64,000 bases of DNA from an uncultured Gammaproteobacteria bacterium. Lineage in GTDB: Bacteria > Pseudomonadota > Gammaproteobacteria > GCA-001735895. The stretch lies in the NCBI GenBank assembly GCA_963768295.1, contig CAVYHN010000035.1:64062-128061 (forward strand), given 5' to 3'. Made by a program: the position numbers and the translations under genes. A model generated the notes under the pieces. It did not search any database. It worked only from the letters and a program-made list of their open reading frames with translations, and had not been told where the DNA came from. This document shows, piece after piece, positions 19,991-30,294 of this stretch (position 1 is its first letter; each line of letters begins with the position of its first letter).

Positions 19991-21556
19991 TCACTGTCGA
20001 AAACCCTTGAGCGGATCGAATTGCCCGCCCATGGCTTCCGGATCCTGGACGACATCGGCCACGCGGCAGTCGTCACACATCTTGAGCCGGTCGAGGGCGC
20101 GTTGAGTACCAAACATGTGGTGATCCTTGAGCTTTTCCTGCATTTTATTGATAACCGAGGTCGGCGCAAACGGTTTGCCGCAGACGATACAGGCAAACGG
20201 AGTGTCCCGGTTCAACGCCCGCGCCCGGTTACGGATTTCGCGATCGAACAGCAAACGTGGCTTCAGCGTCACCGCGTCTTCCGGGCAAGTCTGTACGCAG
20301 GCGCCGCATTGCAGGCAGTTGCTTTCGACGAAAAATACTTCGGGAACTTCGCGATTGGAGCCGTCCTGCAGAGCGTTGCCCGGACAAGCCCCGACGCAGG
20401 CCATGCACAGCGTGCATTTCCCGGCATCGATCACGACCTCGCCAAACGGCGCGGAATCGGGCAGCGCTACCTGGTCCGCCGGCGGCTTCAGGTTGACCAC
20501 CAGGTGATCCAGCGCCTGATATATCGCGTTGCGCTTCTGCAGCGGCATATCATGGATAGCGGGGGCAACGATGTTGTCGTTGTCTACCTGCGGTAGCGCC
20601 TCGTCTTCACGGCAAAGTGTCACGTAAGCCGAACCCAGGCCCAGCGCGCTAACCAGCGCGTGCAGCCAGTCCAGCTGTCGGCGCAGGTTGTCGAGCGAGC
20701 TGTGCGGGACCTCCTCGTCCACCACCAGAACCACCTGCAAGGCGCCATAAGCCAGGGCCGACAGGCACAGTTCCATGCCGACGCTGGCCAGTTCCTCGAC
20801 CGGCAACGGCAGCAGATTGTCATAGGCTTGCAGGTAATGCTCCGCTGAATAGCTGTCAGCATGAAACAAAACGATGGGGTCGACGCCGCCATGCTGGCGA
20901 TAGGTTTCGAGCATGTCGCGCAGCCGCTTGCCGTTATCGCGCAGGTTGGGATACAGGTAACGAATCGCCCCCGATGGACACACCAGGCTGCAGCTGCCAC
21001 CGCCCTGACACAGATTGGGATCGACTTCGATGCGCTCGCCGAGGCTATGTATCGCTTCCGCAGGGCAGGCGTCGATACATTGGTTACAGGCGATCTTGCC
21101 GTTGACCCCGTGGGCGCAAATCGATGGGTCATAATCGAAGTACTTGGGCTTTTCGAACTCGCCGCCGAGGCTTTCGAGTTCCTGCGCCAGCCCCATCTGT
21201 TCCCAATTGGCTGGCGGCGCGTGGAAATACCCCGGGGGCAGCATTTCACGCGCGAGCAACGGGGTTTGATTCAGATCGAGAATAGCGTCGCCCTGGTGAA
21301 CGATCGAATTGCCATGCTGATCGGTGACACTGACCGCATATGCACCGAGATAACCAGTGATCTGGATTTGGCTGCCCACGCAAGAAACCCGGTTAATGTC
21401 GACTGTCGCTGGTAACTGCGCGCATTGCTCCAGCATTGCATCGTCACCGAGCGCAATGACCTTGCCGCTTGACCGATAGGTGATCAGGCTGGTGGGTTCC
21501 AGGGCAAAGGCATCGCGTACTTCGAGCGCCTGCTGGCGCGCCTCGCTATTGCTCAT
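19991..21556 (-). CDS. Polyferredoxin (multi-4Fe-4S protein) of FDH clusters
   Basis: CNQCIDACP, CQGGGSCSLVCP, CTLCMACVGACP, CLQCGACVQTCP, CIVCGKPF..MCDDCRV. Confidence 0.88.
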   Translation of the reverse strand: MSNSEARQQALEVRDAFALEPTSLITYRSSGKVIALGDDAMLEQCAQLPATVDINRVSCVGSQIQITGYLGAYAVSVTDQHGNSIVHQGDAILDLNQTPLLAREMLPPGYFHAPPANWEQMGLAQELESLGGEFEKPKYFDYDPSICAHGVNGKIACNQCIDACPAEAIHSLGERIEVDPNLCQGGGSCSLVCPSGAIRYLYPNLRDNGKRLRDMLETYRQHGGVDPIVLFHADSYSAEHYLQAYDNLLPLPVEELASVGMELCLSALAYGALQVVLVVDEEVPHSSLDNLRRQLDWLHALVSALGLGSAYVTLCREDEALPQVDNDNIVAPAIHDMPLQKRNAIYQALDHLVVNLKPPADQVALPDSAPFGEVVIDAGKCTLCMACVGACPGNALQDGSNREVPEVFFVESNCLQCGACVQTCPEDAVTLKPRLLFDREIRNRARALNRDTPFACIVCGKPFAPTSVINKMQEKLKDHHMFGTQRALDRLKMCDDCRVADVVQDPEAMGGQFDPLKGFRQ

Positions 21557-22118
21557 TTTTTGTTTCCTGATCGGGACTGGTTTCCGCCGCGGCCGTGGCG
21601 ACCGTTTCTGTTGGCTGATCGACTTCTTCCGCGCCGTCGATATCCTCATCCTGCAGCGCATCCAGCTCGGCTTCGGCATCAGCCGCTTCGGCTTCGCTTT
21701 CCGCCGCTAGTTTTTCACGCAGCTTCTGCTCCTGCATTTCAATCCGGTGTTTCATATCGGCGGTGACGATATCGCCGAGTTTCTCGAAGCTGGTGTAATC
21801 CTCGTCGTACTCGTCGAGGCCATCGCGAATATTGAACACCGGGGCCCGGAACAGCTTACGTAACGCGAGGTTGCGCAACTCATCGCTGACCCCCCTGGAC
21901 ATGAAACCGCTGAAATCAGAGTCTTCGGTGAGAGATTCGATCGCGGGCATATCGGCATCGGTCAGTAGCGGCTTGACTTCTGCTTCTGCTGCGGCTGCAG
22001 ACTGCTCGACTTCGATTTCGCTTGGCACTGCCGGCTCCAGCGGCGGCAAGGCCTGGTCGGCTTCGAGCTTGCGCCGCGACCAGCGCGACAGCACGGATTC
22101 TTTACTGTCCCGGGTCAC
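21546..22118 (-). CDS. DUF3306 domain-containing protein
   Basis: LSRWSRRK, SDFSGFM..V..ELRNLALRKLF..FNIRDGLDEYDEDYT. Confidence 0.88.
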   Translation of the reverse strand: MTRDSKESVLSRWSRRKLEADQALPPLEPAVPSEIEVEQSAAAAEAEVKPLLTDADMPAIESLTEDSDFSGFMSRGVSDELRNLALRKLFRAPVFNIRDGLDEYDEDYTSFEKLGDIVTADMKHRIEMQEQKLREKLAAESEAEAADAEAELDALQDEDIDGAEEVDQPTETVATAAAETSPDQETKNEQ

Positions 22119-22651
22119 GACTGCTTGTCCACAGGATTAGGTGCGGGCCGCTCCGTCTCGCGCCAGTTTTTGAGCTTGCGCTTGATTTTTTTGATCGCGA
22201 CATAGTTCGTCAGCACGTAGGCCTCGGCCCACTGGTATAGTTCGGCAGGAATCGGCACCGAATAAATCTGCTCGTCGCCTTCGAGATAGGCATGCACTTC
22301 GTCGAAACTCAGCGACACCAGGTAGGGCAGCGGCATGTCGTCACTATCATCGGGTTGACCGGCGACAATAAAACAGCCTGGCTCGGGCGACATCAGGTTG
22401 TGATAGTAACTTTCGCATTCGTCCGGGTGCAGCCGCAGGCTTAAACCGGTTACCAGGAAATGCTCGGCCTCGCCATTCTGGTAAACCCGGGTGACCGATT
22501 TATCTTCTTCCTGCTCGCGCACGACGACGCCGAGCGCCTGGTAGCAGAACTCGGCCCAGGGATGCGTCGAGGGCCGCTTTTCCATCACAACCGCCAGGTT
22601 GAGATGCTCGGGCAAATCCTGGTTGAAATCTTCGAGTTCCAGTTTCTCCAT
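22115..22651 (-). CDS. DUF3305 domain-containing protein
   Basis: LAVVMEKR..HPW, LHPDECESYYHNL.S..P, KKIKRK; directly upstream of DUF3306. Confidence 0.85.
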   Translation of the reverse strand: MEKLELEDFNQDLPEHLNLAVVMEKRPSTHPWAEFCYQALGVVVREQEEDKSVTRVYQNGEAEHFLVTGLSLRLHPDECESYYHNLMSPEPGCFIVAGQPDDSDDMPLPYLVSLSFDEVHAYLEGDEQIYSVPIPAELYQWAEAYVLTNYVAIKKIKRKLKNWRETERPAPNPVDKQS

Positions 22652-22792
22652 GGGCTCCTGTCGATGGAAGGGCTGCGGACCCGCAGTTATACCACAGCTA
22701 CGCCATACTCGCGCAACCACAGCTTTTTCGGGGTTTTTGGTTAAACAGATCGATGGCGGCCGCGCGCGATTGGACTCAGCGTCCGCCCTCTG

Positions 22793-22817
22793 CCCATTAT
22801 CGCAACGCGATAACGGG
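22793..22817 (-). terminator. Hairpin just after the repaired nitrilase stop codon
   Basis: cattatcgc-aac-gcgataacg extended by C/G pairs; no clear U-tract. Confidence 0.35.
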
Positions 22818-22823
22818 GACCAT

Positions 22824-23649
22824 TTATTGTTGTTCTAGAACAAAAGCGCGCTCGTTCTTGAGTGACGGGATACGGCTGCGCACTTTCTCTACCTGGCCCA
22901 GATCGATATCGGCATAGATAATACCGGGCTCTGCGCCAGCCGTCGGCGAGGATTTCGCCCCAGGGGTCGATGATCAGCGAATGGCCGTAGGAATAGCGCT
23001 TGTCGCAATGATGCCCGCACTGGTTCGGCGCGATGATGAAAGCGCCGGTTTCGATCGCGCGTGCGCGCACCAGCGTATGCCAGTGCGCCTTGCCGGTGGT
23101 CTCGGTGAAAGCCGCCGGAATCGTGATCATTTCGGCACCGGCCTGCGCCAGCGCTCGATACAGTGCGCCAAAACGCAGGTCGTAACAGATCGACAGTCCA
23201 ATCCGTCCGAGTGACGTCTCGACGATAACCGCCTTGTCACCTGGCGCTATCGCATCGGATTCGCGGTAGGCCTCGTCGTTTTTCAACTCGATATCGAACA
23301 TGTGCAGCTTGTCGTAGCGCGCGTGGATCTCGCCGTCGCTATCCAGCAGAAAACTGCGATTGAATATCTTTTCGTCTTCGCGAATCAGCTGCGAACCCAG
23401 CAGGATCATGACCCCGTGCTGGCGGGCCCTGCCGCGAAACGCGGCGAGGCCGATATCTTCGGCTTCACTAAAGGTCGCTGCAGGAATCCGCGCGTTGACC
23501 GGTTCGATCAGGCCAACGGTCTCGGGCAAGGCAATAAATTTCGCACCGCCCGCCACGGCATCATCGATATGCTCGCATACCCAGTCGACATTCGCCTGGA
23601 TATCGCGGGTCGCCGTATTCTGGATGCAGGCGACACGTAACTCAGTCAT
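22824..23649 (-). CDS. Carbon-nitrogen hydrolase (Nit1/deaminated glutathione amidase-like), C-terminal frameshift near 22938
   Basis: LPE, YDKLHMFD, ICYDLRF, PAAFT..TGKAHW..RARAIE, YGHSLIIDPWG. Removing one base gives the typical end GGAEPGIIYADIDLGQVEKVRSRIPSLKNERAFVLEQQ* at 22824. Confidence 0.85.
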
Positions 23650-24763
23650 GCCGCAACACTTCCTCGGCATCGGCGTATTCATAGCCAAGGTCATGGGCCA
23701 CTTCGCGCTGGGTGATCCTGCCCTTGTGGACGTTGAGCCCGTCGCGCAGCCAGCGATCCTGCATCAGCGCCTCCCGATAACCCTTGCCGGCGAGCGCCAG
23801 CACGTGCGGCAGCGTGACATTGTTGAGGGCGTAAGTTGACGTGCGCGGAACGCCACCCGGCATATTGGCGACGCAGTAGTGGACCACGTCATCGACGATA
23901 TAGGTAGGCTCGGCATGGGTCGTGGCTTTCGAAGTTTCACAGCAGCCGCCCTGGTCGATGGCAACGTCGACAATCACCGCGCCTGGTTTCATCGCCTTGA
24001 CCATTTCCGCGGTCACCAGCTTGGGCGCCTCTGCACCCGGGATTAACACCCCGCCAATCACCAGGTCGGCTTCGATGACGTGTCGCTCGAGCGCATCCTG
24101 TGTCGAAAATACCGTGTTGGTGCTGCGTCCGAACTGCTTCCAGTGCGCTTCTATCGCTTCCGGGCTACGATCGATGACCCAGACATCGGCGCCCATACCA
24201 ACCGCGATGTGGGTCGCATGCGTGCCGACCACGCCGGCGCCGAGCACCACGACCTTGGCCGGGTCGACGCCCGGTACACCGCCGAGCAAAATACCGAGCC
24301 CGCCGTGTGGATGTTCGAGGTTATAGGCACCGGCCTGGACTGCCATACGGCCGGCCACTTTCGACATCGGCGCCAGCAGCGGCAGTCCGCCGTAGGGCGA
24401 AGTGACGGTTTCATAGGCAATGCAGATAGCACCGCTGGCAACCAGGTCTTTGGTCTGCTCCGGATCCGGCGCCAGGTGCAGGTAGGTAAACAGCACCTGC
24501 CCTTCGCGCAGCATCGCGCGTTCACCCGCCTGGGGTTCCTTCACTTTGACCACCAACTCCGCACGGGCGAAGATTTCCTCGGGCGTGTCGACAACCTGTG
24601 CGCCAATTTGCGCGTACTCGGCATCGCTGACGCCGATACCGTCCCCGGCGTTGGTTTCGACCAGCACCTGGTGCCCGTGCTTGATCGCCTCGCGCACGCT
24701 CGCTGGCGCCATGCCGACTCGATACTCGTGATTCTTGATTTCCTTGGGAACGCCGATCAACAT
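23642..24763 (-). CDS. ald: Alanine dehydrogenase
   Basis: [47 protein letters not shown]. Confidence 0.96.
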   Translation of the reverse strand: MLIGVPKEIKNHEYRVGMAPASVREAIKHGHQVLVETNAGDGIGVSDAEYAQIGAQVVDTPEEIFARAELVVKVKEPQAGERAMLREGQVLFTYLHLAPDPEQTKDLVASGAICIAYETVTSPYGGLPLLAPMSKVAGRMAVQAGAYNLEHPHGGLGILLGGVPGVDPAKVVVLGAGVVGTHATHIAVGMGADVWVIDRSPEAIEAHWKQFGRSTNTVFSTQDALERHVIEADLVIGGVLIPGAEAPKLVTAEMVKAMKPGAVIVDVAIDQGGCCETSKATTHAEPTYIVDDVVHYCVANMPGGVPRTSTYALNNVTLPHVLALAGKGYREALMQDRWLRDGLNVHKGRITQREVAHDLGYEYADAEEVLRHD

Positions 24764-25000
24764 AATAACCGCCTTGTTAGCAGGGTAATAAAAGCGCAAA
24801 AGTATATGTAGCGCAGGTACGCAGGCTAGTGCCAGCGAAATTAATTTACTGTACCAGTAGCCTATGCCCGAAATCGCCCGCTTCCCGGCAAACCGCATCG
24901 CCGCTGCCACAGGGCAGTTTCGGCCGGCTTTCCGGCGCTAAAGACCTTAAGGATAATGCCGTTTGTAATTGTTTTGATCGTTGCTAGAATAGGCCGTCCT

Positions 25001-26011
25001 ATGTCAGCGACAGCATCACAAAATCAACTCATCGACCGCTTCGGCCGCAGCGTCAGCTACGTGCGCCTGTCGGTTACCGATCGTTGCGATCTACGCTGCG
25101 TCTACTGCATGCCCGAGAAGATGAAATTCGTGCCGCGCACCCAGCTGTTGACGCTGGAAGAAATGGAAAGCGTCGGCCGTGCCTTCATCAAACTCGGCGT
25201 CGACAAGATCCGCATCACCGGTGGCGAGCCGCTGGTGCGGCAGAATATCCTGCAGCTATTTCGCAACCTCGGCGCGATCGACGGCTTGCGCGACCTGACG
25301 TTGACGACCAATGCAACCCAGCTGACGAAATACGCGCGCCCGCTGAAAGATGCCGGCGTCACCCGCATCAACGTCAGTCTCGATACTATCAGGCCCGATC
25401 GCTTTCGCGCCATGACCCGCGTCGGCGATCTTCAGAAAACCCTGGACGGAATCGACGCCGCCATCGCCTGCGACTTCGAGCAGATCAAGATCAACACCGT
25501 GGTGTTGAAAAACCACAACCACGAAGAAATCCTGGACCTGGTCAATTACTGCATCGAGCGCGGCATCGACGTCAGCTTCATCGAGGAAATGCCGCTGGGT
25601 CAGAACGACCATCACGATCGCGCGGTCGCCTACTATTCCAGCGACCAGATACTGGCCGACCTCGAACAGCATTTCGAGCTGGTGCCGAGCACGATGACCA
25701 CCGCCGGTCCCACGCGCTACTATCGCCTGACCGGCCACGACAATACTCGCGTCGGCTTCATCTCGCCGCACAGCCACAATTTTTGCGAGAGCTGCAACCG
25801 GGTGCGCGTAACGGCCGAGGGCCGTTTACTGCTGTGCCTCGGGCAGGAGCATTCGCTCGACCTGCGCCGCGTCATGCGCGCCCATCCGGGTGAATCGGAA
25901 GCGCTGCAACAGGCGCTGATCGACTCGATGCAAATCAAGCCCAAGGGGCACGACTTCAACCTCAACTCCCAGGAAATCCTGCTGCGCCATATGAATATGA
26001 CCGGAGGCTGA
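25001..26011 (+). CDS. moaA: GTP 3',8-cyclase MoaA
   Basis: RLSVTDRCDLRCVYCM, FCESCNRVR..LLCL, C-terminal MNMTGG. Confidence 0.96.
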   Translation: MSATASQNQLIDRFGRSVSYVRLSVTDRCDLRCVYCMPEKMKFVPRTQLLTLEEMESVGRAFIKLGVDKIRITGGEPLVRQNILQLFRNLGAIDGLRDLTLTTNATQLTKYARPLKDAGVTRINVSLDTIRPDRFRAMTRVGDLQKTLDGIDAAIACDFEQIKINTVVLKNHNHEEILDLVNYCIERGIDVSFIEEMPLGQNDHHDRAVAYYSSDQILADLEQHFELVPSTMTTAGPTRYYRLTGHDNTRVGFISPHSHNFCESCNRVRVTAEGRLLLCLGQEHSLDLRRVMRAHPGESEALQQALIDSMQIKPKGHDFNLNSQEILLRHMNMTGG

Positions 26012-26012
26012 C

Positions 26013-26894
26013 ATGCCCCCGGCACATAAACGGCGCCTGCCCGAACTGTCCAACGCCGGCCTCAAGGCGACCGCCAACGTGGTTGCGCGCAATGAATACG
26101 GCGAACCGGTAGAGGGCGCCATCGCGGTCGAACGCGCGCTGACGATATACCTCGACAAGCGCGAAATCGTAACCCTGATGACGCTCGGCAATCATCCCGA
26201 ACTGCTGATCCTGGGCTGGCTGCGCAATCAGCGCATGATCGACGACATCGAAGCCATCGAGGCAATCCAGGTCGACTGGGAAACCGAGTCGGTCGCGATC
26301 GTAACCCGCGGCGGCATCGACAACCTCGATGCCAAGCTCGACCGCAAAACCGTGACCACGGGCTGCGGCCAGGGCACCGTGTTCGGTGACCTGATGGAAG
26401 ACCTCGACGAAATTGTCCTGCATCAGCCAATGCTGCGGCAATCTTCGATCTACGCGCTACTCAATACCCTCAACGAACACAACGAAATCTACAAAAACGC
26501 CGGCGCCGTGCACGGCTGCGCCTTGTGCAGCGAGCATTCCGGCATCGAGCAGTTTATCGAGGACGTGGGTCGGCACAACGCGGTGGATGCCATCGCCGGT
26601 CACATGTGGCTGAACGATATCGAAGGCGGTGACAAGCTGTTCTACACCACCGGCCGGCTAACCTCGGAAATGGTGATCAAGGTGGCGCTGATGGGTATCC
26701 CGGTATTGTTATCGCGTTCCGGCATCACCGCGATGGGGCTCGAAATCGCGCAAAAAGTCGGCGTCACGCTGATCGCGCGCGCCAAGGGTCGCCATTTCCT
26801 GGTTTACCACGGCGGCGAACTGATCGAGTACGACCAGATCCCGCCGGCGCGAACCCAGCGCCCGCACAGGGACACGCGCAGCTCGGCCGACTGA
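26013..26894 (+). CDS. fdhD: Formate dehydrogenase accessory sulfurtransferase FdhD
   Basis: TTGCGQG, GAVHGCAL, EDVGRHNAVD, TGRLTSEMVIK. Confidence 0.93.
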   Translation: MPPAHKRRLPELSNAGLKATANVVARNEYGEPVEGAIAVERALTIYLDKREIVTLMTLGNHPELLILGWLRNQRMIDDIEAIEAIQVDWETESVAIVTRGGIDNLDAKLDRKTVTTGCGQGTVFGDLMEDLDEIVLHQPMLRQSSIYALLNTLNEHNEIYKNAGAVHGCALCSEHSGIEQFIEDVGRHNAVDAIAGHMWLNDIEGGDKLFYTTGRLTSEMVIKVALMGIPVLLSRSGITAMGLEIAQKVGVTLIARAKGRHFLVYHGGELIEYDQIPPARTQRPHRDTRSSAD

Positions 26895-26934
26895 TTAGAG
26901 ACGACCAGGCTGTTTCCGTTCATGCTCTGGCTGA

Positions 26935-27405
26935 TCAAAACTGCAAACCGAGCGTGAACAACTTCGCATGCCCGGTATAGGAAGTCAGCTCCAGCTGCAG
27001 CCGGGTTCGACCAATGACGACACCGATGCCGCCGCCGAGCGCAAAGCCGTCACTGCGCTCCGTATTACCCCGCTTGATGATTTTGTTTTCGACCAGGCCG
27101 ATGCGAGCCACCGCGAAAAGCGATCGGGTCGATTTGTAGATCAGGTAGAGTCCATTGGATTCAAATTCCAGCTCGCCACCGCGACTGGCTTCACCGTCAT
27201 CGATCGTGCGATTGATTTCAGCCGCGATGCTGAGATCGGCAACATAGCTGTCCAGTTCATAGCCGAAGTTCAGCGCCAGGTTCAGGGGATTGTCTCTCGA
27301 GGATCCCTCGACATTGACGCCGCCCAGCCTGACATAAGTGTAGGCGTCGGCAGCGGCAGGCGCTGCAATCAACAGGATAGCGAGAAAAATGACGGATCGA
27401 AGCAA
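26935..27405 (-). CDS. Small outer-membrane beta-barrel protein (start uncertain)
   Basis: Signal peptide (..AAPAAA/D), amphipathic strands, C-terminal LGLQF. Confidence 0.6.
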   Translation of the reverse strand: MLRSVIFLAILLIAAPAAADAYTYVRLGGVNVEGSSRDNPLNLALNFGYELDSYVADLSIAAEINRTIDDGEASRGGELEFESNGLYLIYKSTRSLFAVARIGLVENKIIKRGNTERSDGFALGGGIGVVIGRTRLQLELTSYTGHAKLFTLGLQF

Positions 27406-27494
27406 TCCGGTAAAACAAGGGTCGGTTAATGCCTCGATCGATGCAAGGCCACGGGTTGTGTAAGCCTTCGCTTTCAACCGACCTGGTCCGAGAA

Positions 27495-28865
27495 TCATTT
27501 GCCCGCTCCATTGATGAATTGCCACAGCAACCTGCCGATTGCCGGCCGGTAAATATCCGAGTGCCCCCCGCCCTTGGTCCCCGGCATTTGATAGGTCATC
27601 AACGCAGACGTGTCCACGTAGTTGATTTTTGCCGCCGGGTCGTAACCCTCAATATCGCCATCCACCGTGGCCGCGGAACAGGCAACGGATACCGGTTGCT
27701 TGCGGCTGCAGTATTTCACCATGTAATCGTGGTCACCGACCGCGTCACTCCAGAAAACCGGATCAAAGGCGTGATCATTACTCGAAGCCGTAAATATGAA
27801 GCGGCCGATCTTTGGGCAAAAATCGGGGTAATACACGTTTTCATAGAATAAAAAATCTGCCTCGACGAAGCGTTGCAGTGAAAATGCCGGCGCCATACCG
27901 ATAAAATTTTCGATCTCTCCGTGGTTATGCCGATCAGTCCCGTTGTCACCGTCACGCGCTATCGCCGGGCCGACACAGAGCCCTATGGAAGTGGCGCGCG
28001 CGCCGAAACTGTGCGCGATCACATTGACTTCTATTGCATCGGCCAATGGGATAATCGCGTCGTTCATAAGCGCACCCAACCACGACAAACCGAGGATATC
28101 GGCCCGGTCCGCAATCGGATGGTAGGCCAGCGCCTCCCAGAACGGATCAAACCAGCGGTTGGCGAAAAAACTCGGCCAGGTGATGCCGACAAACAGCGGT
28201 TCGAAGTCTTCACCTGCGTCCATCCTGATCGACGCAATGATCGACTTGTAATTGCGTATCGCCTCTTCCTGAACGGTATCGAGACCCATGACAGCAACTA
28301 TCAGGTGAGTATATTTTTTTGTCGCCACGTCCCGGGCGAGATTCTCTTTGAGAATATCTATCGCATCCCAGCTGCGGCTGTAACTCTGTTGATAGTCGAA
28401 GCCTTCGGGCGCCGCGTTGCGTGGATCGTCGCTGCAGGGATTGACAAAGGCGGTGCCGTGATTGTGATACAGGCTGTACAGGGAGCAATTGCCCTCCCCG
28501 TATGGCAGTCCCTCGTAGCGCATTACCTGCGAAATGAAGGGCACATAGTATCTCAGCGACTTGAGCAGCCGCTCGACCGTGTAACCTGCTGCTAGCGCAT
28601 TTTCGTCCAGCAATATATCGGCGTAATCGCGGGTCACTCGTTTTCTCGAAGTTTCCTCGATACTGACCACATAGCCGTGGAAGTTAAGCGAGATCGCGCC
28701 GGGATAGTAGGCTGAAATATGATCCAGCTGGTGAAAATAACCCTGCGTATTCAGCGCATCTTCCGAATCTGCGAAATAGCTGGGACCGCTGCAACCGGTC
28801 ATGCTGCAAACCAGCACCACGGCTGCAACAAGACACCAGCGCTGCAACGCATTAGTTAAGTTCAT
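27495..28865 (-). CDS. Lipoprotein with C-terminal alpha/beta-hydrolase-like domain
   Basis: Lipobox MTGC; VGITWPS, IAHSFGAR nucleophile elbow, SSND, GHSDIY. Confidence 0.65.
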   Translation of the reverse strand: MNLTNALQRWCLVAAVVLVCSMTGCSGPSYFADSEDALNTQGYFHQLDHISAYYPGAISLNFHGYVVSIEETSRKRVTRDYADILLDENALAAGYTVERLLKSLRYYVPFISQVMRYEGLPYGEGNCSLYSLYHNHGTAFVNPCSDDPRNAAPEGFDYQQSYSRSWDAIDILKENLARDVATKKYTHLIVAVMGLDTVQEEAIRNYKSIIASIRMDAGEDFEPLFVGITWPSFFANRWFDPFWEALAYHPIADRADILGLSWLGALMNDAIIPLADAIEVNVIAHSFGARATSIGLCVGPAIARDGDNGTDRHNHGEIENFIGMAPAFSLQRFVEADFLFYENVYYPDFCPKIGRFIFTASSNDHAFDPVFWSDAVGDHDYMVKYCSRKQPVSVACSAATVDGDIEGYDPAAKINYVDTSALMTYQMPGTKGGGHSDIYRPAIGRLLWQFINGAGK

Positions 28866-28921
28866 GCTTTAGACCTTCACTGTGCCCAGCCCCAGTCTTC
28901 TCTGAAGCGGCTCGCCGGAGG

Positions 28922-28935
28922 TTGATCCAGGTCAT
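28922..28935. promoter_or_regulatory. Possible FNR-family site
   Basis: TTGAT-ccag-GTCAT, 8/10 match to TTGAT-N4-ATCAA, between divergent genes. Confidence 0.3.
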
Positions 28936-29017
28936 GCCATGACAACTTAAACCCGAATTAGCATTAATTAACCTGTTGATTTGCTAGACTTAAACCTCGG
29001 CTTGCCAGGATTTACGC

Positions 29018-29641
29018 ATGACCATACAACCCTTTCGGTCCAACCGTATTCTGCAGGCAATGATGCTGTGGCTGGTCGTGGTCTGGATCATCGCCGCTAT
29101 CGAACCACTCTATCCGCGGGACTGGTTACTCGAAAACCTGCTGGTCTTTATCTGGAGTGCGCTGCTGGTTTTCACCTATCGCCGCTTCCGCTTTACCAAT
29201 GTTTCATACGGATTATTTATCGTTTTTCTCAGCCTGCATCTGGCGGGTTCGCATTACACCTACTCCGAGACGCCATTTGGTTTCTGGATGCAGGAATGGT
29301 TTGGTTTCGAGCGTAATCACTACGACCGCATCGTGCATTTCTCCTTTGGGCTGCTGATCGCCTACCCAATGCGCGAGATTCTGCTGCGAACATCCGGACT
29401 CGCCACCGCCTGGTCCTACTTCATCACGCTGAACTGTATCGTGGCGTTCAGCGCGGTTTACGAAATCATCGAAGCGCTCACCGCGGTCATTGTAAGTCCC
29501 GAACTGGGCGCGGCTTATCTCGGCACCCAGGGCGACGAATGGGACGCGCAGAAGGACGCCGGGCTCGCTCTCCTCGGCTCGATCATTGCAATGTTATTTA
29601 CCTGGGCATATTTACGCGCGCAGCGCGACCGGAGCGCTTAA
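29018..29641 (+). CDS. DUF2238 (YjdF-like) inner membrane protein
   Basis: DWLLEN, GSHYTYSETP.G, RNHYDRIVHF, YLGTQGDEWDAQKD. Confidence 0.9.
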   Translation: MTIQPFRSNRILQAMMLWLVVVWIIAAIEPLYPRDWLLENLLVFIWSALLVFTYRRFRFTNVSYGLFIVFLSLHLAGSHYTYSETPFGFWMQEWFGFERNHYDRIVHFSFGLLIAYPMREILLRTSGLATAWSYFITLNCIVAFSAVYEIIEALTAVIVSPELGAAYLGTQGDEWDAQKDAGLALLGSIIAMLFTWAYLRAQRDRSA

Positions 29642-29728
29642 AACAGACCAGGCGCCGGCGTGAACCATTCAGCTGCGTTAGCTCATCAAGTCAACTTCGC
29701 TCAAGCAAACTAAGATCTGCTGCTCGCT

Positions 29729-29744
29729 AGTGAAGCGCATCACA
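29729..29744. promoter_or_regulatory. CRP/Vfr-type binding site
   Basis: AGTGA-agcgca-TCACA; 15/16 identical to the site at 437-452; upstream of the FHA gene. Confidence 0.55.
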
Positions 29745-29860
29745 AATCTCATTCAAGGCTGCGCATTTACACATTTATCTATCACCGATGTGTAATGGTA
29801 GACAGACATTTTCCGCGACAGGCTCTATACCTCACTACTGACGTATTGCGAAAAGCCGAT

Positions 29861-30163
29861 ATGAGCAAAAGATTGAATGCAGGCCTGGACGCCATGGAGG
29901 GGCGAAGTTTTATCCTGGGCCGGGAAGGTCATATTTTTATTAGCGACCCTTCGGTCAGCAAAGAGCATGCCGAAATAAAAATTATCGGTGGTCGAATCCG
30001 GCTGCGTGATCTCAATTCAACCAATGGTATATATCTGGTAAAAGACAATAAACCAGTACGTTTCCAGGAAAGTTTCGTGGAGCCGGCGCAGACGGTAATT
30101 ATCGGCACCGAGCAACGCACGGTGCAGAGCTTGTTGGCGATCATCGGTGTTTTAACTGGTTGA
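29861..30163 (+). CDS. Stand-alone FHA domain protein
   Basis: ILGR, DPSVSKEHAEI, LRDLNSTNG. Confidence 0.85.
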   Translation: MSKRLNAGLDAMEGRSFILGREGHIFISDPSVSKEHAEIKIIGGRIRLRDLNSTNGIYLVKDNKPVRFQESFVEPAQTVIIGTEQRTVQSLLAIIGVLTG

Positions 30164-30294
30164 TTCTGCCAGCGACGCCGCAAAAGAGCTTTCTCGGCCA
30201 GCAATGATTACTCGGGCCTCGAGATCCTGTTGACCCAAAGACCGACGCCAGCCACCAGCAGGAAAACCTGACTTCGCGTCAGTGATACTTCATC

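Noticed and set aside
22741-22823. Extended nitrilase C-terminus in the ORF track
   Set aside because: Artefact of the frameshift near 22938. The repaired frame stops at 22824 and is followed by a hairpin.
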